NCBI GenBank assembly: GCA_041191145.1
Contig: JBEEPK010000003.1
Coordinates: 9,651 to 73,650 of the forward strand
DNA: 64,000 bases
Source: Bacteroidota bacterium
Lineage (GTDB): Bacteria; Bacteroidota; Ignavibacteria; Kapaibacteriales; UBA961
Direction of reading: 5' to 3'
Position numbers and translations under genes: made by a program
Shown here: in pieces, positions 37,447 through 47,366 of the stretch
Numbering within the stretch: position 1 is the stretch's first letter
How the letters are laid out: each line of letters opens with the position of its first letter
Notes under the pieces: generated by a model
Databases searched by the model: none
The model's input: the letters and a program-made list of their open reading frames with translations, nothing else
Told to the model about the DNA's origin: nothing

Positions 37447-38353
37447 CTTGAATATAGCAATCATAGGTGGTAATAGTAAGATTGCATCCGCAATCATAGA
37501 CTTGCTTATCAAAGAAACAACATGGAAATTACATGTATATTCCATGACTCTAAATCAAGTTTCCACAGAAAGAATTCAGTATAAAGCAATACCATATCCA
37601 GAGCTAAAGTCTTGGAAAGAAGAGTTTCTTTCCGTAAGACCTGATTATATAATCAATACTGCTGCAATGACCAATGTTGATGCATGCGAAGAAAAAAAAC
37701 AGGAAGCATGGGCTGCTAATGCAGTATTTGCCGAGCAATTATCTAGAATTGCATTGATAATTGAAGCTCATCTCATCCATTTTTCAACAGATTATGTATT
37801 TGATGGCCTTAAAGGCCCATACTCGGAACATGATCAACCTAGACCAATTTCTTATTATGGCAAATCCAAATTGGCAGGTGAAAATGCCGTTTTGAAATCA
37901 CATGCAAAGAATACGGTGATACGAACAAATGTTGTCTATGGTTTGACAAATGATAATCAACAGGATTTTGTCAAGTGGGTTTTACATACCGCAGACGCAG
38001 GCAAACAAATGAATATAGTCGATGATCAATATTCAAATCCAACATTGACCGATGATTTAGCTTTGGCTGTGAAGAGAATCATTGAAAAAAAGAGATGTGG
38101 GATTTATCATATTGGTGGAAATACACAATGTAATCGACTAGAATTTGCATTGGAGATAGCAAAGATTTTTCATTTGGATCAATCCTTGTTTATACCAACA
38201 AAGACAAAAGACCTACATCAACCGGCACAAAGACCACTGATAAGTGGATTGATCAATTTGAAAGCACATACAGATCTGGGAATATCATTCAGTACAATCA
38301 CTGAAGGCCTGGTCAGACTAAGACATCAGATGCATGTACAAAAACAAGAGTAA
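37436..38353 (+). CDS. rfbD: dTDP-4-dehydrorhamnose reductase-like extended SDR
   Basis: INTAAMTNVD.CE, STDYVFDG, YGKSKL.GE, V.DQ...PT; start uncertain (37424, 37430 or 37436). Confidence 0.82.
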   Translation: MEFDLNIAIIGGNSKIASAIIDLLIKETTWKLHVYSMTLNQVSTERIQYKAIPYPELKSWKEEFLSVRPDYIINTAAMTNVDACEEKKQEAWAANAVFAEQLSRIALIIEAHLIHFSTDYVFDGLKGPYSEHDQPRPISYYGKSKLAGENAVLKSHAKNTVIRTNVVYGLTNDNQQDFVKWVLHTADAGKQMNIVDDQYSNPTLTDDLALAVKRIIEKKRCGIYHIGGNTQCNRLEFALEIAKIFHLDQSLFIPTKTKDLHQPAQRPLISGLINLKAHTDLGISFSTITEGLVRLRHQMHVQKQE

Positions 38354-38356
38354 TAT

Positions 38357-39205
38357 ATGAAAATCATGATTTGTGGTTCCGGTACAATGGGAAGGGGTAT
38401 TGCCCTTGTTTCCATTTTGTCCGGACATTCAGCCATACTGTTTGATAAAAATCAAGAAGCCCTCAATCAAGCGAAATCTTTCATTGATGCACAATTGAAG
38501 AAATCACTTGATAAAGGAAGCATAAATAATGAACAATATGATAATTATTCCAAGCAGTGTGTATGTACTGGTGAATTAAGCGAACAAGTGTCACATGCTG
38601 ATATTATCATTGAAGCAATCATTGAATCAATTGAAATCAAAGAAGCACTTTTTGCATCTATCGAAGAATCTGGCTTAAGAGAAGAAGCAATATTGGCAAC
38701 AAATACATCTTCATTGTCAGTGAACATTCTTTCGAAAAACAGAAAGTATCCTTCTCATTTTATTGGTTTGCACTTTTTCAATCCTGCGCATATCATGAAA
38801 TTGGTTGAGATCATCAGAACTCCCATTACGAAAGATGAAGTATTAAATACTGCATTGGAGTTTTGTCGCTCGATTAAAAAAGTACCGGTTATAGCAAAGG
38901 ACGTACCCGGATTTATCGTAAATCGCGTTGCCCGAAATTACTACAATGAAGCAATGCGTATTGCCACCGAAAATGCTTCCAATCCAAAACAAATAGATAC
39001 TCTGATGAAATCACTCGGTTTCAAAATGGGACCATTTGAATTGATGGATCTTATCGGGAATGATGTCAATTTAGAAGTTACAAAATCTGTCGCCGCTCAA
39101 TATTTCAATGAACCAAGATTTACTCCATCACTCATGCAACAAGATATCGTGAATGCGGGTAGATATGGCAGAAAATCCGGTGCCGGATTTTATGAATATG
39201 AATAA
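38357..39205 (+). CDS. 3-hydroxyacyl-CoA dehydrogenase, resembling the PaaH N-terminal half
   Basis: GSGTMG, IEAI.E, NTSSL, HFFNPAH.MKLVE, PGFIVNRVAR.YY.EA.R, MGPFEL.DLIG. Confidence 0.88.
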   Translation: MKIMICGSGTMGRGIALVSILSGHSAILFDKNQEALNQAKSFIDAQLKKSLDKGSINNEQYDNYSKQCVCTGELSEQVSHADIIIEAIIESIEIKEALFASIEESGLREEAILATNTSSLSVNILSKNRKYPSHFIGLHFFNPAHIMKLVEIIRTPITKDEVLNTALEFCRSIKKVPVIAKDVPGFIVNRVARNYYNEAMRIATENASNPKQIDTLMKSLGFKMGPFELMDLIGNDVNLEVTKSVAAQYFNEPRFTPSLMQQDIVNAGRYGRKSGAGFYEYE

Positions 39206-39229
39206 TCAATATTTATTTAAGGATAAGTT

Positions 39230-40084
39230 ATGAATATCGTAGTAATCGGAGCAGGAACAATGGGCAATGGAATTGCTCATGTATGCGCTCAACATGGTCA
39301 TTCAGTCTCACTTGTTGATATAAGTGAAGCATCTCTTTCAAAAGGCATTGCAACTATTACCGGAAATCTTGATCGCCAGGTGAAGAAAGAGATTATTTCA
39401 AATGATGATAAGCAAGCTATTCTCGGAAGAATTATTGCATCAACTGATTTGACACAATCAGCTACCAATGCAGACCTCATCATTGAAGCGGCAACTGAAC
39501 AAAAGAATGTCAAGATTGCATTGTTTCAACAAGCACAATCAACTGCAAAGCCCGAATGTATTTTTGCTTCGAATACTTCTTCGATTTCCATAACTGAATT
39601 GGGTGCAGCGACCAATCGTCCAGATAAATTCATCGGAATGCACTTTTTCAATCCTGTACCAGTCATGAAATTATGCGAGATCGTAAGAGGTTTTGCAACT
39701 TCCGATGAAACATATCAAATCATCTTTGATCTTGCTAAGCAATTGAGTAAAGTACCTGTAACCGTACAAGATTATCCCGGCTTCATATCAAATCGCATCT
39801 TGATGCCAATGATCAATGAAGCGGTGTATTGTTTGATGGAAGGCATTGCAAGTGCTGAAGATATTGATACAGTCATGAAATTGGGAATGGCGCATCCTAT
39901 GGGACCACTTACATTGGCTGATTTTATCGGTCTTGATGTATGTCTTTCAATCATGGAAGTATTACATGATGGCTTGGGTGATAGTAAGTATCGTGCATGT
40001 CCTCTATTGCGCAAGATGGTTGCTGCCGGTCATCTCGGACGCAAATCCGGTAAAGGTTTCTATGATTATTCACAAGGTTCATGA
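39230..40084 (+). CDS. hbd: 3-hydroxybutyryl-CoA dehydrogenase
   Basis: [59 protein letters not shown]. Confidence 0.93.
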   Translation: MNIVVIGAGTMGNGIAHVCAQHGHSVSLVDISEASLSKGIATITGNLDRQVKKEIISNDDKQAILGRIIASTDLTQSATNADLIIEAATEQKNVKIALFQQAQSTAKPECIFASNTSSISITELGAATNRPDKFIGMHFFNPVPVMKLCEIVRGFATSDETYQIIFDLAKQLSKVPVTVQDYPGFISNRILMPMINEAVYCLMEGIASAEDIDTVMKLGMAHPMGPLTLADFIGLDVCLSIMEVLHDGLGDSKYRACPLLRKMVAAGHLGRKSGKGFYDYSQGS

Positions 40085-40518
40085 AAGCCATTGTTCAAAG
40101 AGTTCATTCATCATCGGTAAGCATCGATGATACTATTCATGCCTCGATTCATCGGGGCATGAATGTTCTTATTGGATATTGTCAAGGTGATGACACTAGC
40201 AAAAATGAATGGCTCATTGATAAATTGTTAGGACTCCGCATTTTTCCTGATGAACATGGTAAGATGAATCTATCTTTAATGGATATATCCGGCGAATTGC
40301 TCATCATACCAAATTTCACATTATGTGCTCAAAATGACAGAGGTTTGAGACCGAGTTTTGTTCATGCTGAAGATCCTGCAAATGCAAAAGTTCTCTTTGA
40401 ACATTTCAATTCAAGCTTGAACGATCGATATCCTTTTGCCAAATCAGGAGTATTTGGTGCAGATATGAAAGTTCATATAGAGAATGATGGTCCGGTAACC
40501 TTGATATTAGAAAGATGA
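40081..40518 (+). CDS. dtd: D-aminoacyl-tRNA deacylase
   Basis: MKA.VQRV, LRIFPD..GKMN.S, NFTL, RPSF, G.FGADM.V...NDGPVT. Confidence 0.93.
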   Translation: MKAIVQRVHSSSVSIDDTIHASIHRGMNVLIGYCQGDDTSKNEWLIDKLLGLRIFPDEHGKMNLSLMDISGELLIIPNFTLCAQNDRGLRPSFVHAEDPANAKVLFEHFNSSLNDRYPFAKSGVFGADMKVHIENDGPVTLILER

Positions 40519-40521
40519 TAT

Positions 40522-41532
40522 ATGAACATACTGTACAATCATGATCTCACACAGTTCACGGGTTTCAAGACTCCTGTGAATGTTAAAAAGTATGTACTCA
40601 TTGAACATGAGAATGATTTTGATGTACTTTCTTCAGTACAATTAGTAAATCCTTTGATCATAGGTGGTGGAACGAATTACTTATTTGTCAATCCTGAAGT
40701 TGATGAAGCCATTAGTTATATAGGTACAAGCATCACACTGCTTGAAGATTCAGACAAATCCTCCACAGTTAGAGTTGAAGCCGGTAAGAATTGGCATGAA
40801 TTTGTCATGGAAATGCTCGATAATGGATTATATGGACTTGAAAATCTTGTACTTATACCGGGAAATGTTGGAGCAGCTCCTGTACAAAATATTGGTGCTT
40901 ATGGAAGGGAAGTAGCAGAAGCAATTATTGCCGTACATTGTTTTGATTTAGATTCCGGAAAGAGAATCACGCTTACAAATGAAGAGTGTAAGTTTCAATA
41001 CAGACATAGTATCTTTAAAAATCTGGAATTGAAACAATGTTTGATTACTCATGTAGATTTCCGCTTACACAAGATTGAATCTCCAATGGCAAAGTATCCG
41101 GATGTTGAGGAGTATCTACGTGAACATGAAATTGGATCTCCGAATTCAAAGGATATTGCAAATGCAATAATTCAGATTAGAAATAAAAAGCTTCCAAATC
41201 CAAAAATCATCGGAAATGCGGGCAGTTTTTTTAAAAATCCAATCATACCGAATTCTACATACATAAAGTTAAAGCAAAAGTACTTTGATTTGCCCTCATA
41301 TCAAATAAATGAACATGAAGTTAAACTTCCTGCTGGTTGGTTGATTGATAAAGCGGGTTGGAAAGGTTTTAGATGTAATGGAGCAGGCGTACATGATAGA
41401 CAGGCACTTGTTCTTATCAATGCAGACAATGCATTTGGACATGACGTTTATGAATTATCAACAAAGATTCAGAATTCAGTCAAAGAATTATATGGTATTG
41501 ATCTTGAACCTGAAGTGAATATCATAAGATGA
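40522..41532 (+). CDS. murB: UDP-N-acetylenolpyruvoylglucosamine reductase
   Basis: GGGTN, GLENL..IPG.VGAAPVQNIGAYG, F.YR.S.FK, GNAGSFFKNP, LEPEV. Confidence 0.95.
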   Translation: MNILYNHDLTQFTGFKTPVNVKKYVLIEHENDFDVLSSVQLVNPLIIGGGTNYLFVNPEVDEAISYIGTSITLLEDSDKSSTVRVEAGKNWHEFVMEMLDNGLYGLENLVLIPGNVGAAPVQNIGAYGREVAEAIIAVHCFDLDSGKRITLTNEECKFQYRHSIFKNLELKQCLITHVDFRLHKIESPMAKYPDVEEYLREHEIGSPNSKDIANAIIQIRNKKLPNPKIIGNAGSFFKNPIIPNSTYIKLKQKYFDLPSYQINEHEVKLPAGWLIDKAGWKGFRCNGAGVHDRQALVLINADNAFGHDVYELSTKIQNSVKELYGIDLEPEVNIIR

Positions 41533-41539
41533 GTTTACT

Positions 41540-42724
41540 ATGAAAGTCATGAAATTTGGAGGTTCAGTTCTTCATCATGAAGCCGGTTTTCAGGCGATGG
41601 TAGATATTGTAAAAAGACAAGATGACAAACATGTGATTGTTATTTCTGCTTTTTCCGATATCACAAGAAAATTACATTCTATGATGAATTCCGCACTTCA
41701 TCAATCATATGATACATCAATGATCGAATTACATTCAATTATTCAGTATCATCAAATGCTCTCAGATGTATTGTTGCCTAATAAGTCAATATTTCTGAAG
41801 CTACTCGAAAAAACATCAATGCTACTTCAAAGACTTGTGAAGGGAATTTCTTTAACAAAAGAAATTAGTCCTCGCATTAGTGATATGATTCTTGCTCAAG
41901 GCGAAATACTAGCAACTTGTTTTGTCAAAGAATTATTATCATCACATGAAGTTAATATTGGAATGATTGATTCCGGTGATATAATCATTACCAATGAACT
42001 ACATGGATCTGCCAAACCGATAGAGGCATTGGTTTCGCATCATGTTCATACAACACTTGTACCTGCTTTTGATCACCATGATTTTATAATCATAGCAGGT
42101 TTCTACGGTAAGAATTCACATGGAGATCTTACAACCATGGGGTATGAAAGTTCAAATCTGACCGCTGCATTATTGGGTAGTACATTAAAGGCGGATGAAA
42201 TTACGATTTGGACAGATGTCTGTGGAATTCGATCATCAGATCCGAAGCATATTGTCAATACAATCGCCATCCCAAGATTATCATATTTGCAAGCCCAAGA
42301 ATTGGCAGATAATGGTTTGAAATTACTTCATCATTGGATGTTAGATCTTCCACTAAAACATTCCATTCCTGTATCAATAGCAAATGCTTTTGATGATGAG
42401 GGAGAACAAACTAGAATCTCCAATGAGTATGATGAAGTAGTTCCAACAATCATCATCAGACATTCACAGGACATGAAAAATTTTGCTCATTTATATTCGG
42501 ATGATGATAATTCAATAGTACATATTTCAATTTTTACCCAAAATGATGATATCATTCAAAAGATATATGCATTGGCATCAGAATTATCATTGAATGAAAG
42601 AATTATCGTAAACACATTTGCAACAAGAAATATGCATCATATAATCTTGCATGATCATATTGCTCAATATTTCATGAACGCTTTACATACATTGATCGAG
42701 AACGAAAATGAAACATCATCATGA
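41540..42724 (+). CDS. Aspartate kinase-like protein with a degenerate active-site motif
   Basis: MKFGGSV, ISA, GE, AGF.G...G..TT.G, WTDV.G..S.DP, SY..A.ELA..G.K.LH; the canonical GRGGSD reads GYESSN. Confidence 0.78.
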   Translation: MKVMKFGGSVLHHEAGFQAMVDIVKRQDDKHVIVISAFSDITRKLHSMMNSALHQSYDTSMIELHSIIQYHQMLSDVLLPNKSIFLKLLEKTSMLLQRLVKGISLTKEISPRISDMILAQGEILATCFVKELLSSHEVNIGMIDSGDIIITNELHGSAKPIEALVSHHVHTTLVPAFDHHDFIIIAGFYGKNSHGDLTTMGYESSNLTAALLGSTLKADEITIWTDVCGIRSSDPKHIVNTIAIPRLSYLQAQELADNGLKLLHHWMLDLPLKHSIPVSIANAFDDEGEQTRISNEYDEVVPTIIIRHSQDMKNFAHLYSDDDNSIVHISIFTQNDDIIQKIYALASELSLNERIIVNTFATRNMHHIILHDHIAQYFMNALHTLIENENETSS

Positions 42725-42947
42725 ATCCCCGGATAGATCCACTATGCCTGTACAAGGCAATTCTTACATAGTTTCTAGAGAAGGGAAAGAATTATTCTCA
42801 GCTTTTATTACTGAGTACAAACCGGCATCATGTTGGGCAAATATAGAAGTCATAGATGCAAAGCCTGGATATGAGGAATATTATCCTCAACAAGCATCCA
42901 TGAAATTAAAGGTCGCTCTTTATGATTTTACAATAAGTGAAAAGTAA
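42708..42947 (+). CDS. Small hypothetical protein
   Basis: Fills the gap between the kinase and the convergent tmk; start may be 42744. Confidence 0.5.
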   Translation: MKHHHESPDRSTMPVQGNSYIVSREGKELFSAFITEYKPASCWANIEVIDAKPGYEEYYPQQASMKLKVALYDFTISEK

Positions 42948-42954
42948 TTACATA

Positions 42955-43575
42955 TCACAAATAGCTGTTTACAATTGATTCTACTTGTTGGCGGATATCA
43001 TTCATGGCGTCATTTGCATTGATGATAAATATGTTCCTATCCGACTTCTTCGCAATTTCGAGATATCCTTCTTTTGTTCTTTCGAAAAATGCATCACCCG
43101 ATCTTTCCATTCTATCAGGTTTAGTTTGATTATCATTTGATCTAAATCCTGCTCTTTTTGCCGCATCATCAACTGATAAATCAAAAATAAAAGTGATATC
43201 AGGTATAAGTCCCGCTGTTGCAAAATCATTTATGGATTCAATGGACTCAATGGATAGTCCTCTGCCATATCCCTGATATGCTACAGATGAATCAATATAT
43301 CTATCACAGATCACAATTTTTCCTGCTTCCAATGCAGGTCTGATGACACTACTCACTAATTGAGCTCTTGCCGCAGTGAAGAGAAGTAATTCGCATCGCG
43401 GATCTACTTGTTCTCTAGAATCCAACAATAATTGTCTGATCTGTTCAGAAAGAATATTTCCACCGGGTTCACGAAGCGTTGTCACGACATGATTTCGTCT
43501 TTCAAGCATTTCCTTCAATAATTGAATCTGCGTTGATTTACCACTGCCATCAATTCCTTCAAATGTGATGAACAT
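42955..43575 (-). CDS. tmk: Thymidylate kinase
   Basis: FITFEGIDGSGKSTQ, REPGG, LLF.A.RAQ, DRY.DSS.AYQG.GRG. Confidence 0.96.
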   Translation of the reverse strand: MFITFEGIDGSGKSTQIQLLKEMLERRNHVVTTLREPGGNILSEQIRQLLLDSREQVDPRCELLLFTAARAQLVSSVIRPALEAGKIVICDRYIDSSVAYQGYGRGLSIESIESINDFATAGLIPDITFIFDLSVDDAAKRAGFRSNDNQTKPDRMERSGDAFFERTKEGYLEIAKKSDRNIFIINANDAMNDIRQQVESIVNSYL

Positions 43576-44279
43576 TATATGCTCTCCTTATCTATCACAA
43601 TCACAAATTCACCTTTTGCATTCTGTTCTGTCAACAATTGCAGTATCTCAGTAGGATTTCCTCTGAACGATTGTTCAAATTTCTTGGTCAATTCTCTCAC
43701 CACATAAAATTGTCTTGCATTTAATGATTGTGATGATTCAAATGAATTGAACAAATCCAATATCCGATATGGACTCTCGTAAAGAATTACGACATTCTTT
43801 CTATCATGTAAAGAATTGATAAAGGAATCTCTTCCTTTCTTATGAGGGGGAAAACCAAGAAAACACCAATCATCAGTTGAAAAACCACTTTGCACAAGTG
43901 CCGGTATTAATGCTGTTGCACCCGGCAAGACATGATAAGGAACTTCCATTGTGATAGCCGTTTGAATGAGAATCATACCTGGATCTGAAATACCGGGAGT
44001 TCCTGCATCTGAGACATAACAAACTCTCTTACCTTTTTTGACTTCATTACAAAGAAATTCACTTATGGATTTTTCATTATGCTCGCGACAAGAATGAAGT
44101 TTTCGTGGGATAATGGAGTATTGCTTTAATAATTGTCCCGTTACTCTAGTGTCTTCACAAGCAATGATTTCAGATACTGATAATAATCTCAATGCACGAA
44201 GGGTCATGTCCTCCAAGTTTCCAATAGGAGTTGGTATGAAATATAATGCGGGATCATATTGTCTTTCTTCATGTTTCAC
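43575..44279 (-). CDS. rsmI: 16S rRNA (cytidine1402-2'-O)-methyltransferase
   Basis: LYFIPTPIGNLED.T.RA, ACEDTR, SDAGTPGISDPG, YESPYR, RELTK.FE, KGEFV. Confidence 0.96.
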   Translation of the reverse strand: MKHEERQYDPALYFIPTPIGNLEDMTLRALRLLSVSEIIACEDTRVTGQLLKQYSIIPRKLHSCREHNEKSISEFLCNEVKKGKRVCYVSDAGTPGISDPGMILIQTAITMEVPYHVLPGATALIPALVQSGFSTDDWCFLGFPPHKKGRDSFINSLHDRKNVVILYESPYRILDLFNSFESSQSLNARQFYVVRELTKKFEQSFRGNPTEILQLLTEQNAKGEFVIVIDKESI

Positions 44280-44775
44280 TATTGTTTCCTAATTCTTTTG
44301 TCTTCATTATCCTTCCTTTTCTCAAATCGCTAAAAAAAGTAGACAATAGTTCCGAAGATTCTTTAGCCATGATTCCTTGATGAACTTCACATTGATGATT
44401 CAATCGTTTATCATTCAGTAGTTCATATAATGAATGAACAGCGCCTGCTTTTGGATCATTTGAGGCAAAATAGATAACTGGAATCCGCGAGAGAATAATA
44501 GCTCCTGCACACATAGCACATGGTTCCAGTGTAACATATAAAGTACAGTCTAACAATCTTCTTGTATTCAGTTTTTTAGATGCTGATTCAATCACCAATA
44601 ATTCAGCATGTCCTATCGGATTTTGAAGATGTTCTGTTTGATTATATGAACATGCTATGACTTCATCATTCTTCACTATAACTGCACCAATTGGAACTTC
44701 ACCTAGCGAATATGCAATCTTTGCTTGATCTATAGCAAGATTCATGAATTCTAAATGCCTAGATTCTTGAGTCAT
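44269..44775 (-). CDS. tadA: tRNA adenosine(34) deaminase
   Basis: GEVPIGAVIV, HAE, LYVTLEPC.MC.GA, DPK.GA, LNH. Confidence 0.93.
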   Translation of the reverse strand: MTQESRHLEFMNLAIDQAKIAYSLGEVPIGAVIVKNDEVIACSYNQTEHLQNPIGHAELLVIESASKKLNTRRLLDCTLYVTLEPCAMCAGAIILSRIPVIYFASNDPKAGAVHSLYELLNDKRLNHQCEVHQGIMAKESSELLSTFFSDLRKGRIMKTKELGNNSET

Positions 44776-45569
44776 TAGAAACGGATTCCAAATTTATCAG
44801 GATATATCACTTTTTCCAAAACTAGTCCTTGTGGTTCAGCAACAGGAGCTCTCTTTATCTGTGAATACCTCTGAGGTACATTCAATAAATGCATGATTTC
44901 TTCTCTTTTCATTGAACCTCGAGCATATTCCAACATTGCTCCAACCAATGAACGAACCATGGCATATACGAATCTATTGGCGCCTATATGCAAGATGTAA
45001 TCTCCTGTATCTGTGCATTTCCATTCACATAATGCAACATTACATACATAAGAAATAGTAGAAGGATTATGCTTTGAAAAAGAAGTGAAATCATGTTCGC
45101 CTATAAACATATCTCCGGAACTAAGCAGTTTTTTCTCATCCAATGGATATGGATAATAGGTAGAGAAATATCTATTGAAAACATGCTCAATGCTAGTAAT
45201 TGTATAGGAATATTCTCGATACTCAGCATCTCGAGTACAATGGAAATCACAAAGTGGTATGCAATGGCCAATTATGCGAATATCTTTTGGCAGTCTACTA
45301 TTTATTGCACGAATGATCTTATCATCCGGAACAGAGAAAATCTCATTGGTTGATTTGAAATGTGCTATCTGACCGCGAGCATGAACTCCGGCATCAGTTC
45401 TACCGGAACCCAGCACATGAATCTCATGGCCTGTTAATTTCTTGAGTGCATCTTCAATTGCCTGTTGCACACTGTTACCATTGTTTTGTCTTTGCCATCC
45501 CGAATAATTCGTTCCATCATATTCGACTTTCAAGACATGAATGATGCGATTGGACATGATGCAATTCAC
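44775..45569 (-). CDS. truA: tRNA pseudouridine(38-40) synthase
   Basis: EYDG..YSGWQ.Q, GRTDAGVHA.GQ, HDF.SF, F...MVR..VG, A...GL.L..V.Y. Confidence 0.96.
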   Translation of the reverse strand: MNCIMSNRIIHVLKVEYDGTNYSGWQRQNNGNSVQQAIEDALKKLTGHEIHVLGSGRTDAGVHARGQIAHFKSTNEIFSVPDDKIIRAINSRLPKDIRIIGHCIPLCDFHCTRDAEYREYSYTITSIEHVFNRYFSTYYPYPLDEKKLLSSGDMFIGEHDFTSFSKHNPSTISYVCNVALCEWKCTDTGDYILHIGANRFVYAMVRSLVGAMLEYARGSMKREEIMHLLNVPQRYSQIKRAPVAEPQGLVLEKVIYPDKFGIRF

Positions 45570-46903
45570 ATGACAGAAAGAGGGAAATATCTTTGATTGA
45601 CTGTAGGGATGTCAAGCAAAGAACTATTAACTAGGCCATTCTTATCATCTATAGAAAGCAATTTTATGCGATAAGGTTGAAGGTCAATATGCTGATCGGC
45701 TGAGAACTGACATCGAATATAATTATCAGTCCATCCTTTCCAAAGGCCAGTTTCCGGATCATAAGATTCGGGTATGACGATATACTCTTTGCCGATCTCT
45801 GAAGCATAAAACTCCAGTCTTTTGTGTTCAGAGAGAGTTCTCAATCTAGCATTACGTAATTTTCGAATTCTCATTGGAACTGCATCAGGATAATCAGCGG
45901 CTGGAGTATTATCTCTTTCCGAATAAGTGAAAACATGTAAATATGAAAAGGGAAGTGATTCAATAAATGTAAATGTTTCCTCAAATTCAGCATCTGTTTC
46001 ACCAGGAAAACCAACGATGACATCAGCACCTATACAAGCATGGGGAAGCAATTGTTTGTAGGCAAGCAAAGTATCTCGATATGCAGATGCTTTATATCTT
46101 CTTTTCATTCTTCTCAATACCGATGGCGATCCACTTTGAAGAGGTATATGAAGATGCGGTACGATCTTCTTTGAACTTGTGATGAGTTGAATAATATGAT
46201 CTGATACAAGATTTGGTTCTATGGAGCCGATTCTAAAGCGAGATTTGGTTTCTAAAGCTTCTATCATTTTCAAAACATCGTAAAATGTATGTTCATCATG
46301 ATGATAATCACCGAGATTGATTCCGGAGAGAATGATTTCATGATAACCTTGTTCTTCCAATCGTTTGATTCTATCTGGAATATCTTTCAAGTCAATGCTT
46401 CTGCTTTTTCCTCTTGCCATTGGAATTGTGCAAAAGCTGCAACTATAATCACAGCCATCCTGTATTTTCAAAAATGCTCTGGTTCTAGCATCCTCATCTG
46501 CTGACTGTGAAAAAGCAAACTCAGCATTATCAATTGATTGAACAAATAGCTCTGGAGTCTCCCTTTTTGAATAATCTGTGATCAATTGATCTATTTTTAA
46601 TTTATCAGCTGTTCCAATGACTGCATCAACTCCGGGTATTGTCGATATTTCTTCGGATTTCAATTGTGCATAGCAACCTGTAACTCCAATGAATGCATTC
46701 GGAGATTTTTGCTGTATTTTGCGAATGATTTTACGGCATTCCGTATCGGCATTCTCTGTCACCGTACAAGTATTTATAATCACTGCATCGGTAAGATCGC
46801 CGAAAGGAACGATTTCATGACCCAATTTTTCATATTGATCTCTTAGTTGAGAAGTTTCTGAATAATTGAGTTTACAACCTAATGTATGAAATGATATTTT
46901 CAT
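45566..46903 (-). CDS. mtaB: tRNA threonylcarbamoyladenosine methylthiotransferase
   Basis: TLGCKLN.SE, INTCTVT, GCYAQ, KIQDGC.Y.CSFC.IP, HIPLQSG, DVIVGFPGET. Confidence 0.92.
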   Translation of the reverse strand: MKISFHTLGCKLNYSETSQLRDQYEKLGHEIVPFGDLTDAVIINTCTVTENADTECRKIIRKIQQKSPNAFIGVTGCYAQLKSEEISTIPGVDAVIGTADKLKIDQLITDYSKRETPELFVQSIDNAEFAFSQSADEDARTRAFLKIQDGCDYSCSFCTIPMARGKSRSIDLKDIPDRIKRLEEQGYHEIILSGINLGDYHHDEHTFYDVLKMIEALETKSRFRIGSIEPNLVSDHIIQLITSSKKIVPHLHIPLQSGSPSVLRRMKRRYKASAYRDTLLAYKQLLPHACIGADVIVGFPGETDAEFEETFTFIESLPFSYLHVFTYSERDNTPAADYPDAVPMRIRKLRNARLRTLSEHKRLEFYASEIGKEYIVIPESYDPETGLWKGWTDNYIRCQFSADQHIDLQPYRIKLLSIDDKNGLVNSSLLDIPTVNQRYFPLSVM

Positions 46904-46926
46904 AGTATATCTACATAATTACGACG

Positions 46927-46934
46927 CAAAAATA
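46927..46934 (-). promoter_or_regulatory. Bacteroidota-type -7 promoter box (TATTTTTG-C) for the mtaB-truA-tadA-rsmI-tmk run
   Basis: Exact match 24 nt upstream of ATG 46903. Confidence 0.6.
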
Positions 46935-46955
46935 CTCAATTATGGAGTCCATTCC

Positions 46956-47366
46956 ATGAAGAAGGATATCATCGGAAAAGAATATTCCTTGACATTTACA
47001 GTACAATCTGATATGACTGCCACATTGGACGGAACAGAGATACATCCTGTCTGCTCAACCGTAACTATGGTGTATTATGCCGAATTGGCAGCAAGAAAAG
47101 TCATAGAACCATTGTTTGATACCGGCGATCAAGCCATAGGAGGCGGAATCAACCTTAAACATACTGGAATGGCTGCTCTTGGAGAAGTAGTAGAGGTCAA
47201 TGCAAGGATAGTCTCTTTCGATGGTAGAGTATTGATATGTGAGATAGAATCCACCGTCAATCATGGTGCAATCATCCTCTGCAAAGGAACACAAACGCAA
47301 TTGGTATTACAACAGGAAATCATCAATGAATTGATTGACAAGGCATATACAAGACTTCTTTTATAA
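46956..47366 (+). CDS. FlK-like hotdog thioesterase
   Basis: V.ST..M...AE.AA, G....LKH......G..V; Thr/Glu/His pattern of the fluoroacetyl-CoA thioesterase family. Confidence 0.78.
   Translation: MKKDIIGKEYSLTFTVQSDMTATLDGTEIHPVCSTVTMVYYAELAARKVIEPLFDTGDQAIGGGINLKHTGMAALGEVVEVNARIVSFDGRVLICEIESTVNHGAIILCKGTQTQLVLQQEIINELIDKAYTRLLL

Noticed and set aside
42708-42725. MKHHHE resembling a His tag or cloning artefact
   Set aside because: Only three His, in an overlap region; the real start may be downstream
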